In this document: positions 26,548 to 38,574 of the stretch, piece after piece | Layout: every line of letters starts with the position of its first letter | Numbering within the stretch: position 1 is the stretch's first letter | Assembly (NCBI GenBank): GCA_030704615.1 | Contig: CM060733.1 | Location: 73,656,001 to 73,720,000, forward strand | DNA: 64,000 bases | Reading direction: 5' to 3' | DNA from: Takakia lepidozioides | Taxonomy: Eukaryota > Plantae > Bryophyta | Notes under the pieces: generated by a model | Database searches by the model: none | Told to the model about the DNA's origin: nothing | Seen by the model: only the letters and a program-made list of their open reading frames with translations | Program-made: the position numbers and the translations under genes

Positions 26548-26941
26548 AAACCGCCACTGATATAGGCAATCCTTCCCGTGCTCATTGATCCCCCAGAATG
26601 TCGTCTTCTGCTTGTCCGCCTCCTTGATCGGCAACTGGTGATATCCGGATATCCAAAGTGCTAAAGACCTTGGCATGCCCAATGGCATCAAAGATCTCCT
26701 CCGGTGTGGGCATGGCATACTTATCGGACTTGGTCTGATGAATTACAAGCCGGTAATCACCGCACATACGTCTCTCCGTCCAATTGCCATAGACATCCTT
26801 CTTGGTTGGCATCACTGTGGCTGAAGCATACTCTCCACCAGAGAGCTCCACCAAACCAGCCTGCTAGAGGTCTTGAGTCCTCATCTGAATCAAAGACCTC
26901 TTCATGTCACTGTATCTATAGGGTCTCCGAAAGATTGGCGT
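26548..26941 (-). mobile_element. Gypsy RT N-half fragment (continuation of 4528-6068)
   Basis: TPIFRRPYRYS...YASATVMPTKKD...RRMCGDYR...FSTLD...KTTFWG...YQWRF. Confidence 0.8.
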
Positions 26942-27012
26942 TTGCAACCATGCATTGTGCACAGTCTCTGCCAAATTGCAAGATGGCATGTCTGTCATTT
27001 CCTCAATGTTGT

Positions 27013-30000
27013 CTGAATGAAGGCAGGGCTCCCAGTCCGTGAATACCGCAGGGGTTCAGTTGAAGTGAGGCTATGAGGGAGAAGTTCCGTGGGAACGTTG
27101 TTGAACAGGATGTCGTAATCGATGGGGTCGCAGTTCGGGTCAACCAACAATCCCTCATTCGGGAAAGCAAAGGTGGAGTTCTCCTTCACAAAGCAGTATG
27201 CATCAAACTGCTTCGTCTGCATACACAGTGGGGAACGATTAGAAATCGAATGCGGCACCGCATTTCAAAACTCCTAAGAAAATGAAAGGACGAGTGTCAA
27301 TGTCGTAATTACCTTCTTCCCTTCCGACCGAAGACCCAATGTGTTGATGCACGTCCACTTCTTCTTCAGAATTGGGACGGCGCTCTTGCGGGTCCACTTC
27401 GCAATTCCTGTCTGCGTGTTTTTGCCTCTGCTCGCCAGGACAACCACGCAGCCTCTGTCGTCCAACACCATGCGGGCGAGCCCGAATCCTTTCTTCCAAA
27501 AGTCCTCGGAGTACCTGTTCCAAGATGGCAAAGCTTGCAGTCCTTCCACAGGTTCTCCGTCCGGAATATCCAAGATGATCATATCGCAAGACCACTCGGT
27601 GGCATTTCCGCCCCTCCTGCAATCCTTGTCTGCACACACCCTCTCAAAGAACAAGACCATCTTCAGAAACCCAGGGGTGTCGGAAGGCTCTTCGGCAGCC
27701 GCCTTCTTCAGTGCTCTGCCCTTCAGACCCTCCATGGTCTTCATGTATGCCAACTTGGCTGCCCGTCCATCCAAAGCTGCCAAGAAACTCTCATTCACAC
27801 ACTGGACTACTGTATCGGGATCCACTTTCGGCCTCTTCATTTCCACTGGCTCGAAAGGGTGCCCCCCCAGGGGGTTGAAGAGTGCCTTCTTTGCCGAGCC
27901 AGTTCTCGTCCCTCTCATGACAACGGTGGGCACAGGGGATTTCGGCTGCGTTTTGGGGGGTGGGCTGGTTGCAAAGTCTCCATTGGAGTCCTCTTCCTCA
28001 CCCTCTACCTGCACTATCTGTTTCTGCTTCTTCGTTTTCTTGGGTGTCACAACTGCTGCTCCTTGCTGGCGAGTCCGCTTCTTGGACCCCTTCTGTTGAG
28101 CCTGCACAACTGCATCCACCGTCTTCTGTGCCATCTCAGCTGCCTTTCTGGATTGTTCCAGAGGAGCAACTTCCTTTGCCGACTCTGGCCCAGCAAGGAC
28201 ACGTCTTTCCTTTCTCTTCTCTTCTGCTTTCGCGTGCAGATCTTTCTTAGACTCGTCAACAATTCCGCCAGACATGTCCAGGTACCACAGACATCCAACC
28301 AAATGCGCGGCATGCCATTGTTTCTGCATCTCGGGTGTGTAGACACAGCTTGGGCCCGCCACGGTCCAAGCCATGAAGAACGGGGGCTCTTGAGCCAGGG
28401 CCCCTGTCTGAAGAAGCACGTATTTCATATACCTGCAGGGCAGTCAGCATGCGTGAGCAAAAGTTGAGACCAACGTACTCGCAGAGTGCAACCAAAAACT
28501 TAAAATGCAAATGCGGTGCCGCATTTCCCAGACAAACCTCATAACCAGGCTTTGCATACAAGGACAGCTGGGCTTCACCTGTAAACAATTCGCATTGCAG
28601 CTTTTCCCGCTCCCTCCTGATGTGTAAACTCCACGCTCCTGCTTGCTGTCTGCAGCTCCCTGGCGAAGAGGTTGTCCTTGTACGCACATCTGAAACGTGT
28701 CACGTAGTCTTCCAATGTCTGTGTTCCATCCCATTTGACGTACAAGCCGAACGAATTTGTATGCATTACGACTTGCTCCTTCGCATTCGTCATTACCTAC
28801 GATTCCCACATGCATTGTCACGTAGCAGTTCAGGGAATTCATTTCAGAAAAGCAAATCTGGGGAAGTACCTTGAATTACTTGGAACCACCAAGTCATGCG
28901 GTTGAGCCACACATCCACTGCAGGGTCGGAAACTTCGAGTGGAAAAGACCACATTGTCCTTATACTCTCCGATGCATTCCAGATCGACAGCCACCTTGTC
29001 TGCCATTTCCGATCCAATGTCAGGAGCAGGAAGAAGGGTGGCTATTGCTAGGAAGGAACTTCAGTGCATTGAAACCTCACCTTCTCTTTCGCCTCAACAC
29101 ATGTCGTTGAGAGGTGATGCAGTTTCTCCAACTGCATGGTCGGCTGCATGGCCCGAGAATAGTGTTTTGCAATCTCGGGGATGAAGTCCTTTCCAAGTGC
29201 CGGATCTGCAATGGCCACCAGCTTCACAAGCTTTGACTTATATTTTGTTCTGGACTTGACCCCGGCTTCCTTCAAGTGCTCAGCCAATGACTGCAACGTT
29301 TTGACCTGCCCCTCACTTTCCATGAAGAAGCGTTTGGCATGGGCCGAATCCAGCTTGATGTTTGACTGCCAACAAAAACATGCAGAAGCGTTACATTCGA
29401 TTCATGTGGAAAGATTACTGAAAATTGGGGAAGGATGAGCAGAGGGAAATGGGAGGACGACTTACTTCGTATATCATCTCCACCATTCCATCCATAATGA
29501 GACGATACCATGTCCGGTCAGTTTTTGCCACGACTTTCTGAATGAGCTCGGGCTCCAGCATTTCCGCAAACATGTGCGGATCAGTGAGACCAGTTTTCCT
29601 TAGCCTATACAGCATATGTGCCATGTGGGTATGCACGTACGCATTTTTAGTGACCCTGCAAGGCACACTCTCCGGTTCAGTCCACGAAAGCACGGAAACA
29701 AAACAGATTGGAAACCGAAATGCGGCACCGCATTTCAAACGTGCTTGGGAGGGTATGAGTATCTTACAAGTTGAGGTCCGCCATGGCATTCTTGAGCAGG
29801 GAGGAGTCTGCCGCCTTCACCTTGAGGATGACACACTCCACCATGTAATGCCAGCCAATGTGCTTGGCATGGTTCTGCTTGATGTACTCCCACCAGGCAA
29901 GAAGTCGGTGATTCCCGTCCCACACAAAGAACATTTTACCCGACATATGGCCGAAGTCTGGATCACCCTTCAGCGTTGCCTCAAATTCATTGTTGCGAGT

Positions 30001-31050
30001 GTGCCAGTGGGTATCCCATGTTGTCAATTCATCCGTAGTGGGTCCACGAGATTCGCCGTCCTCATTCTCAATGGAAACGTAGAAGGCTGGCGAACCTAGA
30101 CGGTACCCTTCTCGAAATGCGAACTTCAGCTTATCCACATCTCCGGGACATGTCTGCCTGACGATGGGAAGGGAGACCATGCGACAGAGTGGGATTCGAA
30201 GAGTCCGCTGGAATACCCTGTTGCCCAGAACTCTGCCAATGCTACTGTGTGTCTCCTCCAACATTGTATCCGCTGCACTTTGGAATTCCTCCGGAGACAT
30301 TTCTGCTGGTGGCGGTAGGGGCTGAGCAGCTGGAGCATCCCCAACTGGAGCTTCACTCTGGGGAATCTTTGCGGGCAATTCTGCAATTGCAGAGGCCTCT
30401 TTCGGGCCTGCAGTATTCTGAAGATCTTCCTCAACGGTGGTCAGGTCTTGCTGCGAACGTTGAGCGGCAGCACCCTCCTCCGGTACCAGATCGACGAAAT
30501 CGGTCGATCCCATTGCCTTTGCTGCATCAGAGACGCCCCCAACATCTCCAGGCTGGAAATCAAGCAGGAATTGGGCTTCAGCTCGTGAAATCGGTTTTGC
30601 GGGAGACTGCTCCGCCCTCCCCCTGATTGCCTTCTGCTTCCTCATTCTTGCAGGTGAAGGTGTATGCTGCAATTGAATTTGCTTCATTCGCGTGGGTGGG
30701 GGGGAAACGGCCTGGTCCGGTTCAGAAACAAATTGAAGGACGGGCTGCTTCTTCTTCGTCTTTGCTGGAGAAGGGCTAGACCCCTGCTGGCGATTCTCCA
30801 TGACCTTCGAACGCGAGTCGCTCTCTGGGGTTTGAACTGCAATGACTTGCCCTTTGAAGCCGCGTCCTTGAAACGCACAGGGCTAGGCCTGGCAGGAAGA
30901 CCCGGCTCGTGGATCGGCTGGGTGTGCGTGCTGCAGCTAGCTCCACGGACTCTGCCTGCGGCTCTTCGGATTCCTGCGATCCCTCCAGCACGTCCACCTT
31001 TCCGGTTAGGCATGCAAACATCTTTTGCATTCAAGTCTCCTAGCATACAG
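27013..31050 (-). pseudogene. Multi-exon ParB/Srx-domain + beta-class amino-DNA-methyltransferase-like gene, broken by the inversion at 27013; 5' boundary uncertain
   Basis: ORF 29764-30801 with LRIPLCRMV...VRQ...FFVWDGNHRLLAW (DGNHR at 29905-29919); further GT-AG exons; CDMIILDIPDG (27559-27570)...LARMVLDDRGCVVV. Confidence 0.75.
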
Positions 31051-31649
31051 TCTAAGAATTGCAGAAGAAAAATGAGGGGGGTTTCAGTGCTCGATCAGCT
31101 CGCGAATCCCGATAGCACGGAGCTCTCACTGGTGGCTGGGTTGCCCGCGTGCCCTGATGCTACGAGATGGCAATCTCCTCCTGTAGACGCATATGCTTCC
31201 TCCCCTTCGGCATTGGCCTACGTCCGAAGTACAATTTTTGGAGCTTGCGACGATGTCTCTTCTCTGGTGCACGCACTCCCTCCCTCTCACGTTCGAGCAT
31301 AAGAAGAAAAGAGACAGGGAAAAATGGCGAAGAGTGTAGATGGAAAAGGCGCGAGAGGGGTGACTGAGTAGACACGACAAAAGAAGATGAAATGGCGGTG
31401 ATGCACCACTTGGGTTCAAAAGGGTTGGACGAAAGTGTCTCCTCGTGGACTTTGCGTCATTACCAAATTCAAATCGTTCAGGGTACGCCTGCCATCCGAA
31501 ACACAAACATCATTATCCAACGGTCAGGCCGCGCCGCCTCATGCCACTTCATTCAGATAGAGTGCAGATATGTGCCGCAATTCCGTTGCTCCACGTGTTT
31601 ACATATCATGGCATTTCCGTCCCAGCGTCTGATGAGTTGGAGTGAAAAT

Positions 31650-33963
31650 GCAAATGCAGCGCCGCATTTCCGTTAAGTACCATCACGACGCTATACATAC
31701 CGTACTTGTTGGAAGAAAATGCGGCACCGCATTTCCGTTCCACCTTCACAAACCTTAGTTTTTGAACGGACATGCGGTGCCGCATTTCCAGTCTGGAGAC
31801 TATGAAGGTCTCACATGGATGGAAATGCGGCACCGCATTTCCGTCCCACAGCTGCATGCCTGAGATACAAAAGGGAAATGCGGCGCCGCATTTCCATTCT
31901 GGAATGTCGGAAGGTGCGATTCGGACGGAAATGCGGCACATCATTTCCGTTCTCGTGGTTCATGATTTTCAATCTGAACGGAAATGCGGTACCGCCTTTC
32001 CGTTCCACCTTCACATACCTTAGTTGATGAACGGAAATGCCGTGCCACATTTCCGTTCGGGAAAGTATAAAGGTCTCACCTGAACGGAAATGCGGTGCCG
32101 CATTTCCGTCCCACAGCTGCATGCCTGAGATACAAAAGGGAAATGCGGCGCTGCATTTCCATTCTGGAATGTCGGAAGGTGCGATTCGGACGGAAATGCG
32201 GCACATCATTTCAGTTCCCGTGGTTCATGATTTTCAATCTGAACGGAAATGCGGTACCGCCTTTCTGTTCCACCTTCACATACCTTAGTTGATGAACGGA
32301 AATGCCGTGCCACATTTCCGTTCAGGAAAGTATAAAGGTCTCACCTGAACGGAAATGCGGTGCCGCATTTCCGGTCAGGAGAGTATGAAGGTCTCACATG
32401 GATGGAAATGCGGCACCGCATTTCCGTCCCACAGCTGCATGCCTGAGATACAAAAGGGAAATGCGGCGCTGCATTTCCATTCTGGAATGTCGGAAGGTGC
32501 GATTCGGACGGAAATGCGGCACATCATTTCAGTTCCCGTGGTTCATGATTTTCAATCTGAACGGAAATGCGGTACCGCCTTTCCGTTCCACCTTCACATA
32601 CCTTAGTTGATGAACGGAAATGTCGTGCCACATTTCCGTTCGGGAAAGTATAAAGGTCTCACCTGAACGGAAATGCGGTGCCGCATTTCCGGTCAGGAGA
32701 GTATGAAGGTCTCACATGGATGGAAATGCGGCACCGCATTTCCGTCCCACAGCTCCATTCCTCATATACAAAACGGAAATGCGGCGCCGCATTTCCGTTT
32801 TGGAATGTCGGAAGGTGCGACTCGGACGGAAATGTGGTGCCGCATTTCAGTTCCGATGGTTCACGATTTTCAGTCAGAACGGAAATGCGGTACCGCATTT
32901 CCGTACTAGAGAGTATGAAGGTCTCAAACGGACGGAAATGTGGTGCAAAATTTTCGTCCCTCCGCTCCATGCCTGAGATAGAAAACGGAAATGTGGCGCC
33001 GCATTTCCGTTCTAGTATGTCGGAAGGTGCGACTCGGATGGAAATGCGGTGCCGTATTTCAGTTCCCGTTGTTCATAATTCTCAATCACAACGGAAATGC
33101 GGTACCGCATTTCCGTTCTGGAGAGTATGAAGGTCTTAACCGGTCGAAAATGCGCTGCAGCATTTCCGTCACTCGGCTCCATGCCTCAGATAAAAAACGG
33201 AAATGCGGCGCCGCATTTCCGTTCTGGAATGTCGGAAGGTGCGACTCGGACGGAAATGCGGTGCCGCATTTCCGTTCTGGAGAGTATGAAGGTCTCAAAC
33301 GGACGGAAATGCGGTGCAGCAATTCCGTCCCTCAGCTCCATGCCTCAGATACAAAACGGAAATGCGGGGCCGTATTTCCGTTCTAGAATGTCGGAAGGTG
33401 CGACTCGGACGGAAATGCGGTGCCGCATTTCAGTTCCAATGGTAACGATTTTCAGTCGGAACGGAAATGCGGTGCCGCATTTCAGTTCGGATGGTTCACG
33501 ATTTTCAGTCGGAACGGAAATGCGGTGCCGCATTTCCGTTCTGGAGAGTATGAAGGTCTCAAACGGACGGAAATGCGGTGCATCATTTCCGTCCCTCAGC
33601 TCCATGCCTCAGATACAAAACGGAAATGCGGGGCCGTATTTCCGTTCTGGTATGTCGGAAGGTGCGACTCGGACGGAAATGCGGTGCCGCATTTCAGTTC
33701 CCCTGGTTCATGATTCTCAATCAGAACGGAAATGCGTTACCGCATTTCCGTTCCACCTTCACATACCGTGCTTGTTGGATGGAAATGCGGCACCGCATTT
33801 CCGTTCTGGAGAGTATAAAGGTTTCCCAGGACGGAAACTCGGTGCCGCTTTTCCGTCGCATTGGTGCATGACTAAGATGCAAAACGGAAATGCGGCGCCG
33901 TATTTCCGTCCAACAGCAATCGAAAGTATCAGTCCGGTCGGAAATGCGGAACCTCATTTCCGC
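31650..33963. repeat. Array 1 of the family A palindrome; 53-bp period, higher-order units of 265 bp (5x53) and 318 bp (6x53)
   Basis: The same unit recurs at 31981, 32246 and 32564. Confidence 0.95.
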
Positions 33964-34355
33964 ATGCGGAACCTCAATGGGTTGCATTGTTCCGAAACAA
34001 GACAATTGCGGCGTGTCTTGATGAGCACAACTTGGTTGTCTGACCGTTTTAACTAATAGTCCTGGCACTTGTCAGTGTGAACGTTCATGTCTGCACCGAG
34101 AATACTGGTGGATCCACCCTCAGGAGAAACTGTCAGGAGATGTTATTTCGTCGCCGAATCAGCCATCATTGTCATACTTACTAGCTATGGAATCACACCT
34201 CTCACCTTCATGCATGTAGCTTGAAACAATACTTCCCACTTCAATGTGCGACTTCCAATCGTCGATGGGCTCCGCAGATCCACTTACATGGTGCCTATGA
34301 GCCTTGGTCTTTCGCTATACTGAACCTCGCACTTGCCAACTTCGTGCGGTCTTCG

Positions 34356-36109
34356 ATGGCTCCGAATTCCTACGCTATAGTTTGCTGTCCTCCGCAACTT
34401 GGGAGACCCTGGATCCCAAACGAGGGAGGACTTTGCAGAGTGACTGAAACTTACCTTTGTTCCAAATTCAAGCTCAAACCGGGCACAGTTTATTTGGAAG
34501 AAGAAAAGAAGGATGTTCGTGGACAGGTTGACGAGACCATTGTCATGCTAGGTAACGACGGAGGTTGCGGAATCGAATGGCACGTACCCCCATCAGACAC
34601 CATCCTGTACCGAGCTGTGGGAATGCCCATTCCCTTTCCGAATTAGTCGCTGCCCACACCATCCACAAAGGAGTCCGGAAACCGACAGGCGGCCACTGCC
34701 AACAGAGAGGTATGCAACGATAATCATTCCCGATTTGGACCGTCAAGACCCTCTATAGCTTCTCGTGTGGACGTATTCGACATTTCCGACGAGGAAGATG
34801 AGTGCATTGAGGTCCCCATGTCCTCCACACGGTCGTTCAAATCCGACATGGACGTCTCTGCAGGTGCTACGCATGTACCCTCGAGCATAACTCCAACCCG
34901 GTCCATTGTGCAGCTCCTACGGCAACATCACCTCGATGGTTCTCGCTCCGAGCTGGCTGCTCTCGACTATGCCAAATTTCCAGTCAGGAAGGTAACGTAT
35001 CTGCCTCCCGAAGTCGATGACAATGTCATCTTCGAGTTTCCACCTGTTACTTCCTCAAACAAAACCTCAGGGATGTTAACAGACATGGATCGAAAGCATG
35101 ACGGACACCCCTGGTGTGTGACAAAGACCAGTAGCACGAAAATTGCTGATGGTGTTCGTATACGATACGTCCTCTGTGCCGGGAAGCTGAGGTGCCTCAA
35201 TCCCGCCTGCTTCCACTTTCTTTCCAAAGGAGGGTGGAGAAACGAGACGGATTGGACTGGCACAACCCATCATCCATTCATTGTCTCCAGCCAAGCTCCT
35301 GCGGGTACTTTCAAGTGCGCACATTGCAAAGAACCACCGACGTGCATGTCCATGTGCAGAGCCAAGCAATATTACGTAATCCATTTGCTCCCGGACTTGA
35401 CTAGAGCTTGCATACACGGTCCACTGCCACCCCTTGGCGAGAGGCAACATGCGTGAGGCTGTGCAGGAAGCACACGACATCATAAAAGAGGAGGTGAAAT
35501 TGAGCCCCGGAGCCAGACCAAAGCAGATTCAGCTGAAGGCAGCCCACAAGGTTGCTCTTGGCAAAATCATGTCTAAAGATGGTTTAGACCGAGTGCCCTT
35601 GAACGAAGAGAAGATGCTTGACCTGTTGGAGTCCGTCTCGTACGTTTGTAGTCCAAATGTGCGGAATCACATCGTATCTTGCAAGCAGGAGTTCGGCCGG
35701 GGGTCGGACATGCACTCAATCCGGGAGGTGAAACGAATGACTGGATATGACTACATCCAAGGTAGCAGGTTTCCAGGGCAAGGCAGCAAATCCGATCGTT
35801 GTTACATTTTTAAAATGTCGACGTGTGGGCCTGGAAGTGGAGTCGACTTGGTCACTCGGATGACAACTGGAAACTTGTCGAATGCTTGGGTGATGTTTGA
35901 TCACATCAAGCGAATTACAAACCATCAGTGGGTGACTATGGGTGCGCATGTTTATGACTATCACTCCAAGAGGCTCATGACGATTGCAATCTGCGAGATG
36001 AAAGGGGAGGACACACAGTCGGAGATGCATCTGTGGGAGGGCATAAACGAGCAGATGGCAAGGGCGGGATTGCCAGAGCCCAATTTCAGGGGATTCATGG
36101 CAGACAACG
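34356..36109 (+). pseudogene. Family A transposase, 5' part (GCM-like domain, first two catalytic Asp)
   Basis: CAGKLRCLNPAC...CAHC; WVMFDHIKR; FMADN, then interrupted by B1; one stop and one frameshift. Confidence 0.9.
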
Positions 36110-36328
36110 GGGGGCTTCTATGTCATGAGTGGCATGAGCATGAGCGGAAAAAAAAAACATGAGCAGACCATTGTGTGTCCACGGAAATAGGGTTAGGAGG
36201 CACGAAAATAAGGTCATGTGAAGTTGGAATGTGGCACCAGTGGACTTGAAATGCAACATTTTATTGCAAATTTTGTGGCAAGCCACGTCTATACAAGTGT
36301 GTTCTAACTGTCATAGCCGGAATGGGCA

Positions 36329-36776
36329 CTACTCTCCTACACCCTCCGAGGAACTTGCCCCACCTTCTTCCTCATCCCCCTCATCCTCCGAGCTCTGTGA
36401 TGCATCAGTTCCACTATGCCTCTCAAAAATCCCGTCCTCTTGGGGGACTGTCCACCTCACCTCCTGGGAATCTTCTGCATCTTCTCCCCCAGTTTCCTCA
36501 GCTGAATCCAAGACAAATCTACGAGCCTGACGGGCTCTAATAGCTGCTGCCTCCTCCCTCATCTTCATTTTCTTGAGGCTTGCCTCGTCTAAAATCTGCT
36601 GTACACGACTAGGTTCGGAACACCTCCTAATGGACACCGAAGCAAGCCGGGCAACATAAGTAGGAAGGATGTAGTCCCTTTCTGGACTAGGCATGAAATC
36701 CCCCCTGGCAAAAAAATGCACGTTCCTCCTGCCCTTGAACTGCGGTGTAGACGTCCCTCCTACAGTACTTGGCATC
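36329..36776 (-). pseudogene. Family B homolog of the terminal exon of the ParB-MTase gene (rest of gene absent)
   Basis: RNVHFFARGDF...RWTVPQEDGIFE aligns with KNVPFFARADF...RWSVPQGEDGIFE. Confidence 0.75.
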
Positions 36777-37087
36777 CTACAGTAAGAACAAATCCACTTG
36801 AAGAATGTCAATACCAGCAGAAGCAGAAACGGTCTTTCAATGAAATAAAAGAGCGAGGGGAGGTGCCTCACAAAATCAGGAGGCAACTTACAATGCGACC
36901 ACTCACTCGTAAACCATTTTCGGCACCATTTTCCTAGGTTGGGCCCAAAAATGGCTAAGTCCCAGAACTGACTGGGCGCGGAACTAGAAAAATGGCGCCA
37001 AATTTCCGGTTGCGATTCCAGCCACCCTAGGGACTTAGCCATTTTCGGGGCTGAAAATGGCTAAGTCCTAGATCTGACTGGGCCCCG

Positions 37088-37964
37088 TGTTAGAGGACTG
37101 TCTGGGACTTAGACACTTATACGGGATCTGTAGGGTACCCTTAATTTTTGCACAGACTGAGACCAACAGGAGCCTTAGGGGTGACAGCAGCGCACTTTAG
37201 AAGGGGGTTACACAGCCCGTCACAGCCAACACAGCCAGTCACAGCCAACACAGCCCGTCACAGCTTCGCACAGCCCGACACAGCCCATCACAGCCAACAC
37301 AGCCCGTCACAGACACAGTGTCACAGGTTCACAGTTTCACACAGCTGTCACGACATAGGGAACGGATAGCAGGACAGGGAACGACTGTGGGGAACAACAC
37401 CTGCGAATGGAACATGTTAGTTCACGGACGACGGTTAGTGAGGGAAACGGTTAGAACAACGGGTAGGAAGATAAAAGGAGCAAGGACTGAAAGGGGAGGG
37501 GATCACTTCGGGGGGGGACTTCTGGCATCAGGGGAGGGGGGAGAGCATCGAAAAGATGAGAGCACGGAGTAGGAGAAGGAATCTGTTCTTGATGAATGCA
37601 AGCTATAGAATGTAATGTAGAGATTAGAGACACCATGGCTTCGCCTGATACTGATAGATATTAATCTGATACACTTCATACTCACACTGTGTAGAGAGAT
37701 CTGAGTGAAGCTGTGGAATGAATGGATGAGTTGATGGAATCCGATAGATTGATGAAGCAAACTGATACTTAATTATCAATAGTAAGGTAGCTAGCTAACA
37801 TGAATGCGGAAAGGAAACAAATAGGAAACACCCCCATGATACACTAGCTGTAGGTCATGACTGATTGTTCTGAGCGGGCTGAGTACTTAGAGATTTCCAA
37901 CTCTTCTATCTTGGAGTTTCCGCCTCGGATAGCGAAGGGATGGGTGAGTAAAAGCCGCGCGACA
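37088..37964 (+). repeat. 5' LTR with CACAGCC minisatellite
   Basis: tgttagagg...gcgaca; matches 49165-50150. Confidence 0.95.
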
Positions 37965-38552
37965 TTTGGCGACCATACTGGGGAACTGGGTCATGAACAA
38001 CCAGATGTGACAGGCATCTGGTGGGATCATGGTGGTTGGACCATTAAAGAATTTGAAGTGAATCAAATTCCCTGTGGAACGAAGGAAGAAAGATTGTCCA
38101 AACAATTCTTTCAAAGGTTCTTGGAATTGCCAGACGGTTGTAAAGAAAATATTCTTAAGCGAGTGCATGATGCTGATCCGGAATGGGGTCTGGAGAAAGG
38201 AGTGATAAAGATTTATCAGGTAGCCTGTAGAGGAAGAGCACGTTGGTTACCAACATTGGTTTATGTGATAGCATTGCTATCCATTAAGCGAGTAGAGTTT
38301 GAAGGCTGGGAGGAAAGAAAGGTGAATGTTTATACTCATATGCATGAAGAGCTTGTACTGGTAAAGAATTGGATTCCAAAGGATATTTTGTGGATCAAAC
38401 TCACACCAAGAACAGCTTTCCAGACTTGTTTGCCATATGGTTATATGGTAACGGAGACTTCAAGTATAGCCAAGGGTGCATTGAAGCTTGAAAGAAACCC
38501 AGGCATATACGAGAGATATTACAGAAGAGAGTTTTGGTTATTGCCACATTAA
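37857..38552 (+). CDS. Extra 5' ORF (231 aa) upstream of gag, unknown function
   Basis: Open ORF; homolog with two TAG stops at 16600-17294. Confidence 0.55.
   Translation: MTDCSERAEYLEISNSSILEFPPRIAKGWVSKSRATFGDHTGELGHEQPDVTGIWWDHGGWTIKEFEVNQIPCGTKEERLSKQFFQRFLELPDGCKENILKRVHDADPEWGLEKGVIKIYQVACRGRARWLPTLVYVIALLSIKRVEFEGWEERKVNVYTHMHEELVLVKNWIPKDILWIKLTPRTAFQTCLPYGYMVTETSSIAKGALKLERNPGIYERYYRREFWLLPH
37965..37984 (+). promoter_or_regulatory. Primer binding site (TGGCGACCATACTGGGGA; probably tRNA-Arg)
   Basis: Immediately after the 5' LTR, TGG start; tRNA identity is inference. Confidence 0.75.
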
Positions 38553-38574
38553 AAGAAATGAAAGACATGGGACA

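Noticed and set aside
27013-30801. Bacterial or phage contamination as source of the ParB/MTase
   Set aside because: The gene has GT-AG introns, is multi-copy and lies within TSD-flanked MULE ends among plant-type LTR elements.
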